NCBI RefSeq assembly: GCF_018350175.1
Contig: NC_058368.1
Span: 105,774,001 to 105,838,000, forward strand
Origin: Felis catus
Taxonomy: Eukaryota
Reading direction: 5' to 3'
DNA: 64,000 bases
Part shown: positions 39,262-49,380 of the stretch, one piece after another
How the letters are laid out: each line of letters opens with the position of its first letter
How positions within the stretch are numbered: the first letter of the stretch is position 1
Position numbers and translations under genes: made by a program
Notes under the pieces: generated by a model
Seen by the model: only the letters and a program-made list of their open reading frames with translations
Databases searched by the model: none
What the model was told of the DNA's origin: nothing

Positions 39262-40010
39262 TGGAAGCAATTTTTTCTAAACTTTCAGTAGACAAGGCTT
39301 ATGTCACAAAAAATTAGAATAAACATAATATTTGTCTTCAGAAAACTATCTTAATGGAAATAAAACGATGTAAGTAGTAATTCTAAAGATAAGCATTATA
39401 TTTCAATACTACTAGACGTATACATTATTCTAAGTATCCATGTTAGGAAAGCTAGATACCTTTAGAAGCTTCCTGAATTTTCTGATAGTGATAAAACTTT
39501 TGATCACATGTAAATTTAACAAGTGATTTTAGTCTATTTGAGGAATGCTTATGGAGTGCACATTTCAAAATTACATTCAATTCACATTGAATATAATAAT
39601 CACATTACATAAAATTATTAATTTTTGAGATCTTTATTTGAGTAAGCTATTCTTTCAGAGAATACTTGTCGTGGTATTTCCAAATTCTGAGTCAATTAAA
39701 TATCTTTTTTTTTTTAATTTGGCAGCCACCAAGAAACAATATTCAATAAAAAATCCAAACACTTATTGTATAATATAGGACAGAGTGCCACCTTCTAATG
39801 CATCATTTAACACAGGACATTGTACTTCACTCAGAATTTTAATCTTTGATATAATTTTGTAAATAAAGTGGAAAACGACCTTATTAAGGAAAAATATAAA
39901 AGCCTGGATTATTCCCATTTCCACTGCAACAAAGAAACTGAGATAACATACCCCTTGTAAAATGCTCATTGGCTCTTTCCAAATCAAGCCCATTAAATAC
40001 ACAAACCAAG

Positions 40011-40245
40011 GGGGTGCCTGGGTGTTTCGGTGGGTTAAGTGTCAGACTCTTGGTTTCGGCTCAGGTCATGATATCCAGATTTAGTGAGTTCGAGCCCCCC
40101 GCATCAGGCTCTGCACCAGCAGCATGGGTGGGTAGCATGGAGCCTGCTTGGGATTCTGTCTTTCCTTCTCTCTCTGCCCCTCTCCCACTAGTGCTGTCTC
40201 TGTCTCTCTCAAAATAAATAAATAGACTTAAAATATATATATAAA
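40011..40245 (+). mobile_element. CAN-SINE about 160 bp from the cbEGF exon donor
   Basis: SINE head, body and tail. Confidence 0.93.
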
Positions 40246-40403
40246 AACCACGACAAAACTATTCTAACATCTATGCCTTTATTTTCATATTAAAAAATTG
40301 TAATTCTGATTAAATTCTTGCAAAATTCAAAATGAAGTTACAACTTTACTGGATTCAGAGTCATCAGTAAGACAGACATGTCCCCCAAAGTAGAGACACT
40401 CAC

Positions 40404-40529
40404 CTTCACATTTCTGGGTAGTTTCACTCTGCTTGTGGCCAGCAGGGCATTTGCATTCAAAAGAGCCCACTGTATTGATGCAGTTTCCTCCCTGGCATAT
40501 GCCAGGAATAGCCTGGCATTCATCAACAT
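40404..40529 (-). CDS. FBN2: Fibrillin-2 coding exon (probably exon 7), calcium-binding EGF domain
   Basis: The reverse strand reads (D)[41 protein letters not shown]. Acceptor is tttcttcccacag|AT and donor is G|gtgagt. Length 126 nt, phase 1-1. Confidence 0.97.
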
Positions 40530-41299
40530 CTGTGGGAAGAAAGGACTGTGAACATAGATACCACTAATTTTCAGAATATTTATATATATTTCTTTAATGT
40601 ACAGAAAAAGTTGAGCTGTTCTCAAGAGAATGGTGTAAGGGGAACTGGGCCCCTTTTGTAAGCATATATTTTAACTTATATAAATCATGTACGTTATAAA
40701 TCTCATTTTCGTTCTTGATAGTTTCTTCTGGAATTTTATTTTGAAAATCCATCCTTGTTGTTATGCGGACAACCAATCTCTTGCTTAGATTTGCTGCAGA
40801 ACACTTTTGGACGTGTTCCCTCTCCTGGTGATGGGTACACAGTATACCTCCGGCTTCTCACCACCTCAGCACATGATACAATGAAAGTCCCTACCATGTC
40901 TCTTTACGGAGTTGAGTACAGACTGTGAAGACTTAAAAAGACTCTTCATCCCTTTGCTGTCAACTCAGGGCAGAATTACTAAATCAGAGTATATATACAT
41001 CCAACATGAATATAGTGCTCAACAGTCAGAACGCCTTCATAACACCAACAATCTGTACACCGATGAGTAGTTCCCACACCCCTGTTGTCCATGAGGACAC
41101 TTGAGTTTTCTCTTCCCTGCTAACACATGACATAAATATCCTAATTTTCTTTGGTCTAATAATTATAAAGGGATATTAATTTTAGTTTTCACTTCTTTAA
41201 TTGTTCATTTCTATGCATGTTAGCTTTTAGATTTCTTCATATGGAAGTTACCTGTTCATATCCCTTAAACACTGTTATAGTGAGTTTGTCACATTCTTA

Positions 41300-41680
41300 C
41301 TTTTTCTTGTTTTTATTTAAATTCCCATTAGTTAACATACAGTGTAATATCAGTTTCAGGTGTAGAATTACATCATCACACAGTGCTCATCAAGTGTCCT
41401 CCTTAATTGCCATCACCTATTTAACTCATCTCCTGCCCCCCCCACCCCTGCCTTCCCTCCAGTAATCCTGTTTGTTCTCTATAGTTAAGAGTCTGTTTCT
41501 TGGTTTGCCTCTCTTTTTTCCCCTTCTATGTTCATTTATTTTCTTAAATTCCACATAAGAGTGAAACCATATGGTATTTGTCTTTCTCTGACTTATTTCA
41601 CTTAGCATAATGCTCTCTACTTCCATCCACATTGTTGAAAATGGCAATATTTCATTCTTTTTGGTGGATGAGTAATACTC

Positions 41681-41727
<47 letters not shown>

Positions 41728-41830
41728 CCACATCTTTATCCACTCATCAGTCTGATGGCATTTGGGCTCTTTCCATAATTTGTTGATGATGCTGCTGTAA
41801 GCACTGTGGTACATGTATTCCTTTAAGTTA
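41300..41830 (-). mobile_element. Carnivore L1 3' end (antisense) containing a (TG)n tract at 41683-41724
   Basis: ORF 41426..41743 reads KKNEILPFSTMWMEVESIMLSEISQ, the L1 ORF2 C-terminus, and the 3' terminal motif gttaacatacagtgtaatat is present. Confidence 0.9.
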
Positions 41831-42854
41831 GTAGTGTCATACATATTATAAATTTAAAACTATTTCTGCTTTAAATATGACAATTATCTTCCTCATCTTT
41901 CAAGCAATTAGTTTCATCCATTTAGGAACCAAAATTCTTAATATTGACAAATGAAATTCAAGAAACTGTAATAAAGACTTTCAGACAAAAGAAGTCTGAA
42001 ATGTTAAAAGAAATGTTAAAAGAAGTTCTTCAGGAAACATGAAAATGACATGGAAATTATGGTCTACACAAAAAACAAAAAGCACTGAAAATACTAAACG
42101 TGTTGATAAAGTTAAAAGACATTTTTTATTTTTTTAATAGACTTAAAGATAATTGGTTGGTGAAAATAACAACAGCAAAATAATAATAATGCATTTTGAA
42201 GGTTATAAAATACATAGAATTAAATAGTATAACCACAATAGCATGAAAGATTGAAGGCAGAAAGAGAAGACTATGGTCATAAAATTATTACACTGTAAGT
42301 GAAGTGGCATATTAATATTTGAATATAGGCTATAATAAGTTGTATATGTAAAGACAAACACTAAATGTTACAATTGTAAATAAAACTAACATTTGATAAT
42401 TTTAAAAAAATACAGCTAATAATCCCATTAAGGAGATAAAAATTAAATACTAAACTAGACTCTAATTGAGGCAAAGATGAATAAATAATAGGTGGGACAA
42501 AAAAGACAAAAAATAGTAAGATAATAGCTTTAAAATCAGTAAAACTGATAATTATCTGAAATTTAAATGGCATTAGCAATTTAATTAAAGGCTGAGGCAT
42601 TCATATTTGATTTATAAGAAGATGTAATTTTACACTGCTTACAAGAAACCCACTTTTACAGAGACAGCTTAACAAGTAAATGGCTGAAAAGATGTATCAT
42701 ATACTCAATCAAAAGAATGCTGAAGTGGTTAAGTTACTATTATGTAAAGTATTCAACAGAACAAGAATTGTTACCAGGGATACAGATGGATATTTCATAA
42801 TGACAAAGAGGTCAACTCATTAAGAGGACACGATAATGCACACTGTGTTAGTGT

Positions 42855-43015
42855 GAGCCTGGATGGCTCAGTTGGTTAGAGTCCAACTTGTGATTTTGGC
42901 TCAGGTCAGGGTCTCATGGTTCATGAGTTCGAGCCCCACGTGGGCCTCTAGGATTCTCTCTACCTCCCTCTCTGCCCCTTCCCCCCCAAATAAAAATAAA
43001 TAAAACATTTAAAAA
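42855..43015 (+). mobile_element. CAN-SINE (internally deleted)
   Basis: gcctggatggctcagttggttaga…aaataaaaataaataaaac. Confidence 0.88.
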
Positions 43016-44439
43016 ATAATTCACATTACATATATACACTGCTTATAAAATGTTAAGCACCCAGAACAAAAAGTGACAGAACTGAAAAAAGAAACAGACA
43101 AACCCCCAATTACAACTGGAATTACATTCCGTAGTAACTAACTGAATTGCTGAAAATCAGCAAGGATGCATAAGACTGAATTATACTTTCAACCAACTTG
43201 TCCTAGTTCATGTTTGTAGAGCTCCCCACCCAATGTTAGCAGAATATATGTTATTTTTACACACTGAATATTTACCAAGACATACTATATTCTGAGGCCA
43301 TGTAAAAAAGACTCATTAAATATAAAAAAATTAAAATCATACATAGTATTTCTCTAAACATAACAGGGTTAAACTAGAAGTTAATAATATAAAACAGCTG
43401 GAATACCTCAAACATCTGAAATTTAAACAAAATATTCTGAAATAATCCATGGTTCAAAGAAGAAATCATATGAAAATTTAGAATGCAGCATATCAAAATT
43501 TGTGGGATGCAGCCAAAAGCGGTGCTAAGAGATAAATATGTAGCATTAAAATGCTTGTTTTACCAAAAGCACAAAGTCCTTAAAATTGGTTACCTGAGTT
43601 TTTACATTAAGACATTTGAAAAAGGAAGAGCAAATTAAACCTAAAGTAGATAGAAGCAAGAAAATAATGATAAAACAGAACACGGTTGAACAACAGAGAT
43701 AATCAGTGACTCCAAAACCTGGCTCTCTGGAAATACAAGTTAAACTGATAGGTCTGTCAAGACAGAACAAGAAAAAGTATGGGGATATGAATGATCAGTA
43801 TTAAGAATAAAAGTGGGCACATCAATACAGATTCTATAGAGATTAAAAGGGTCAAAGGAAATAGTATGAATAACTGTGTAGCAATAATTTAACAATTTAG
43901 ATACAGTGTACAAATTCCTTGAAAGAGAGCCACCAAGGCTCACTCAAGAACAAATCATCTGAACAAGACCTACATCTACTAAAGTTAATTTAATTCATAC
44001 TTTAAAGTCTTTGTCCAAAGAAAACTTCAGGCCGAGGTGGCTCTGCTGTTGAATCCTTTCAAATACTTAAGGGAGAAACAATACCAGCTGTACAAAAATT
44101 CTTACAAAAAAGAGAAGAGGGGACAATGGCAGACCCATTTTGTTGGACTAGCGTAGCCCTGACCCCAAAGCAGACAAATACGTTACAAAAAAGAAAACAA
44201 CAGAATAATGTATTTTTGGAATAGGCACACAAAAATTGTTAGCAAGGCAATTTTAGTAATATATAAAAAAAATTAATACATCATGACCAAGTGAGGTGAA
44301 TGCCAGGAATTTAAGGTTGCTTCAACATTCAAAAAAATCAATCAATATAATTTATTATATTAACATGTTGACTAAGAAAGAGAAAACACATGATCATATC
44401 ATAATGTGAAAAAAGTAAGGGACAAAATTCAACACTAAT

Positions 44440-44595
44440 TTTTTTTTTTTTTATAGAGAGAGTGCAAGTGGGGAAGAAGGACAGAGGGAGAGAGGGAGAC
44501 AGAGAAAATCTTAAGCAGGCTTCACAGGGATCATACATGACCTGAGTCATAATCAAGAGCTGGATGTTCAAACGACTAAGCCACCCAGGTGCCCC
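44440..44595 (-). mobile_element. CAN-SINE (internally deleted)
   Basis: Poly-T, (AG)n tract and …ccacccaggtgcccc. Confidence 0.88.
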
Positions 44596-44791
44596 TTTAA
44601 AATCTCAGTAAACCAGGAGACTCTAGAGGAGGAACCAAGATGGTGGAACCACATAAAATCTCAGTAAACCAAGGGAATACAAGGGAACTTCCTCAACTTG
44701 ATAAAAGAGTCCATAGCAAAAAAAAAAAAAAAAAAAAAAAATACAGCTAACACACTAGAAAGCATTGAGAAAACTCTTGATTTGGAGTTTT

Positions 44792-44902
44792 GTTTTTTTT
44801 TTTAATTTTTTTTTCAACGTTTATTTATTTTTGGGACAGAGAGAGACAGAGCATGAACAGGGGAGGGGCAGAGAGAGAGGGAGACACAGAATCGGAAACA
44901 GG
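44792..44902 (-). mobile_element. 5'-truncated young SINEC_Fc (3' half only) with TSD
   Basis: TSD TGATTTGGAGTTTT at 44778-44791 and 44903-44916. Confidence 0.92.
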
Positions 44903-47207
44903 TGATTTGGAGTTTTTTAATCTGTCATTTACATCCATGTAAATTTCCCTTAATTTCTCTCTCTGTGAAAGGTAATAATTTCTAATTCAGCACAGGGTTA
45001 TGAGAAAGAAAATATGTTAAATATATTAAAACTATATAAAATTGTACATAAAAACATAAGCTTATACAAATTTACGCTACCTACTAAAATCTATAGGATA
45101 ACATATTTATTAATATATCTTTAATTAAAAAATACTATAAGTTCATTGTAATAACCTTAAAGTGACAGAAAAATAGAAAGTTAAAGAGATACCACTGATA
45201 TAAGTCAGCGGTCTGTTCTTTGAGACTTTTATTCACAAACATAGAGCATCAGTCTGTTCATATAACAAGAATAAGGTCACACTTCTGAATCTTGCTTTAC
45301 TTTCATTAAAAATATTTTGTGGATACAACTGTAAGTCAGTATACATTGATTCGCCCTATTAGTTTTTGCTAAGTCCTCAAGTTTGGTATATCTTAGAGTA
45401 TCTAAATTAGAGAATTTAAGCCTACAAAAGAGCTTAGCATCTTTATTATTTCTTCCTCGCTTCATCTGTCTATAAACACTTACAAGTCCTAAGTTTTTTA
45501 TATTGAAATTAAAGTAGATTTTGTTTTCCTATTAAAGGATATCTGATCCAAACAGAAAACAACTAGAATGGAATATAGAACAAGAAATTTATATACTGAA
45601 CTGTTTAATTCAGAACATTTCAAACCACATTACTTTTAAAATGTACTACATTTCCACCCTCATTACAGTGTGGTATAAAACATCCCTAGAAACCTCTTTT
45701 CCTGGCAGATAAAACCAGAGAAAGAATATCATGATATAAGTTGAAAAACGAGGCCAAACCTATAAATCCCTTAATAGTATTCATAAAATCTTTGACTACA
45801 TATTTAGTAGATTCAGTAATTTTTCAAAGGAAAAAGCAAACCAATGTTACGGGGTTTATTTTGTAATTGCCTAAAAAGTATTTTCCTAGAAGGAAAAATG
45901 AAACCTTTGTTTCTGAAGTATCCTAGACAACGCAGCCATACAGCATTAATTTCTTTTAGATAAAGTTAATTACTAAAATGAAAAAGGTAACTTTGAAGCA
46001 ATCTTGTAGAAATAATCAACTTGAACCTAGAAGTATACACAAGTATTTTCTCTCTATAGAAACAAAAAAGCAGGCCTCAGATCTTCAAACTATGCAAAAT
46101 GTTCTTTCTACAACTTCAAAGTGCTAGCATATGCAACTACTAATGTCTGATTAGTTTTCCTCTGTCGCTATTTCAAAGATGTGCTCTTTCTTTCTGTTCA
46201 AGCACAAACTGACTCTTTAAATGTTGAACAATTTCAAATAACATGTAAGGATTTCATAGAATAAAATTAATTTTTTACTCAAGTTTTAATTTAAATTCCA
46301 ATCAGTTAACATACAGTGTAATATTAGTTTCAGGTTTAGAATTTAGATAAAACTTTTGAAACTTAAAAAACCTTATATAATCCCTTCAGTGTATGCCTAT
46401 TAAAGTTATAAATAATATAACAAGGTAATAGTAATTCTATTTTATGAACACATTTATTCTCTAACTTCTTTAAATAAACTTGCCCTAAAAGATTAAACTG
46501 ATTTTATTATGTAAGTATTAGATGGTGTATTATTTTTAGTTCACATTAAAATATGGAAAAATGCATGCACTGGTACAGGTATATAAAAAATTTAATTTAT
46601 GTCTGTGGGAACTAAGGACCAATTCCTATTACTATATATTTAATAGCACATGTTTTTCTAACTTTGTCACCAAATGAGATCCATTTTTTAAATTTAAGTT
46701 TTCATCCCTATACTCCATAGATATTCACACATTACTAGTATTTCTAAAAAAATGAATGCCAGCCATTAAGAACAACAATTGGAGAATAGGTTTGTCTGTA
46801 CCTGGAATATGACAAATATGGAGCATTATGGCAATCACTCAACACAGTGTGAATCGGCCAGAATAACTAATCACGTATTCACAAAAGTTCAAATTTTCAA
46901 TAAGTGATCATCCCAACAAGCAAATATTAGTTAAGTTACTCCCTGTAGGACTCTGAACTTGGAATGAAAAGAACACAGCATGCTTCTCTGTCTGAATCAT
47001 CCTCAAATCAACAAACGTCATCATCCTTTATCCCGGTGTCAAAGTCAGATGCAGGAGACAGACTCACCATCTCCCTCCCACTGATCTTACTTGATTCCAT
47101 CAGTATCAAGTGTTTCCTTCCCAAATATGCCTCCAGTCTTCCCTCTGCCTCTATTCTGGTCTCGCCCTTCATCACCGCTGCAGCAACTTTCACACTGTTG
47201 TTTTTCT

Positions 47208-47238
47208 TTTGTTTGTTTGTTTGTTTGTTTGTTTGTTT
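47208..47238. repeat. (TTTG)n microsatellite
   Basis: Direct reading. Confidence 0.95.
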
Positions 47239-48667
47239 TGCTTCCATTCTGGTCCCCCATTACACTCCACAGAAACAGCCAAGTAATTTCATTTAAATAT
47301 AAATCAAATCAACAGAGGTCATCCCCTCACAAGTCTGCAGACACTGCCACACTGTTTTCTGGTCTATGAGTTGCTCTAGAGAAGTCGGAGACCAGTTTGG
47401 GTACTTCCTTTAAAAAAATACTTGCTTATTCTTTCTTATTAGGCCAAGGTGTTCCATTTATCTTCTATTTTTATTGAGGGTTTCTGTCCTCCAGTCTACA
47501 AACTGATAGCCTTATCCATTTTAGAAAATTCTTGTTTTATCTCTTTTTCAGTTCCTTTCCTCAGCTTTTAGTCTGACTTCACTGAGTATCAGATTCTTTA
47601 TAATCATTGCTTATTTACTGTTCTCTGACATGATGATTTGTGATTTCCTTAATCTTAACATTTGTCACGGATGTTTTTCAGTTTTATGTATGTGTGTGTG
47701 TGTGTGTAGAAATATATATACACACATATACATATATGTATGCATTTCCTTCTGTTAGGCAAAGTTTCAAATCCCTCTTCTGCTTCTTTTTTGAGTACTA
47801 TCAACCCACTTTTTATCTCTGGTTGTCTTTACTGAACTCTTATAACTCTACTTCAAGCAACTTTTAAAAGAAGGCCCATATTGTTTTCCATTTCTTTAGG
47901 CTAAGAAAGAAGGATATAAATCTTGTGTTTATTTGGATAATTCTTCTTTGAAGCATGTTCACCTATGTTTCCTCATGTTTTTTCTTTTCTTTTCTTTTTT
48001 TTTTCAGGTTTTACATGTAGGTACTCATCTTTCAATGGGGCCATTTCCTATTGAAACAATAATGGGGAGAGCCCAAAAAGAAATGAGTTGGTGTGAAAGA
48101 CAGTTCTGTAGGAACTATTTCCTGATATCTGCTCACCCAACTCTCTCCCACTTTTTTCTCTGTCCTGGTATTAATTTTTCAACTTTTAGGTGGGGGTGTG
48201 CCCCCCCCCCCAACCTGCTCTTTCACACATAGACTCTCTGAGATGCTCACTGGTGGTTCCCACTTCCTCTCTTTCCTTCCTTCTCGTTCTCCTCCTCCGC
48301 AGGGACCACTCCTGGGCTGGAAGGCTGGGTAGAAGGTAGTAGAGAAGGCTTGCCTTCAAAGACTCTCTTTCCGCTATCCCTTTCAATACTCTGAGGGTCC
48401 ACAGGAGCTCTCTCACTCACACAGTGTCCACTTCTCCAACAGGACATCCCCAGCCTCTGAAGAGCCTTTCAGAATGCTGATGCGGTAAATGCTCAGAAGA
48501 CTCTCCCTGTCTCAATGGCTTCCCAACAGCTACCTATGTGTTCATCGCTGCTTTCAACTGGGGGTAGCAGAATTTTATTTCAGAAGACCTTGTTTTCTAT
48601 TATTGATTTTCTTGTTAGTTTTTGAGTTAGAAGGAGAATATTCTGTTATCTTTTTTAAGTAAGAGTT

Positions 48668-48992
48668 GCGATAAGCACCGGGTGCTATATAGAAGGGCTG
48701 AACCACGCCTGAAACTACTATGATGCTGTATGTTAACTAACTGGAATTTAAATTTTTTTTTCAACGTTTATTTATTTTTGGGACAGAGAGAGAGAGAGCA
48801 TGAACGAGGGAGGGGCAGAGAGAGAGGGAGACACAGAATCGGAAACAGGCTCCAGGCTCTGAGCCATCAGCCCGGAGCCCGACGCGGGGCTCGAACTCAC
48901 GGACCGCGAGATCGTGACCTGGCTGAAGTCGTACGCTTAACCGACTGCGCCACCCAGGCGCCCCCGGAATTTAAATGCAAGCTTAAAAAAAA
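48668..48992 (+). mobile_element. Short L1 3' end carrying a nested minus-strand SINEC_Fc (48754-48964)
   Basis: L1 terminus …cctgaaactactatgatgctgtatgttaactaactggaatttaaat. SINE TSD GGAATTTAAAT at 48743-48753 and 48966-48976. Confidence 0.9.
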
Positions 48993-49149
48993 GTGTATGG
49001 CAATGGACTTGTTCTTAATGAAACTACATTGTGTGTAATTTGCCTTTCAAGCAACATCATCTGTCATTAAGATATGAGTGTTTGTAAACATATGTGTAAA
49101 ATCACATGGGAATAGCTGAATGCTTATCTCATTGAATCTATATTGTCTA

Positions 49150-49277
49150 GGAGTGCCTGGATGGCTCAGTTGGTTAAGTGTCTGACTTCAGCTCAGGTCA
49201 TGAGCTCACAGTTCATGAATTTGAGCCCTGTGTCGGGTTATGTGCTGACGGCTAAGAGTCTGGAGCCTGCTTCGGAT

Positions 49278-49317
<40 letters not shown>

Positions 49318-49380
49318 CCTCCACCACTTACACTGTCTCTTTCTCAAAAATAAACATTAAAAAAAACAAACAAACAAATA
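49150..49380 (+). mobile_element. CAN-SINE inserted in an old tandem repeat
   Basis: SINE structure with degenerate TSD gaatctatattgtct / gaaactacactgtct. Confidence 0.93.

Larger units (their letters stand above)
347..40403 (-). other. FBN2: FBN2 intron (~40 kb) between the two cbEGF exons
   Basis: GT..AG boundaries, and the flanking exons join in frame (…KCE|DIDEC…). Confidence 0.9.
41960..44750 (+). mobile_element. Old L1 fragment (ORF1 end, inter-ORF region and 5' part of ORF2), interrupted by SINEs
   Basis: aagaaatgttaaaagaagttcttcagg (ORF1 end), ttacaagaaacccactt (EN QETH), caaaatttgtgggatgcagccaaaagc (NLWDAAK), catcatgaccaagtgagg. Confidence 0.85.

Noticed and set aside
40338..40625. 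95-aa minus-strand ORF over the exon
   Set aside because: It is an out-of-frame reading of the true cbEGF exon.
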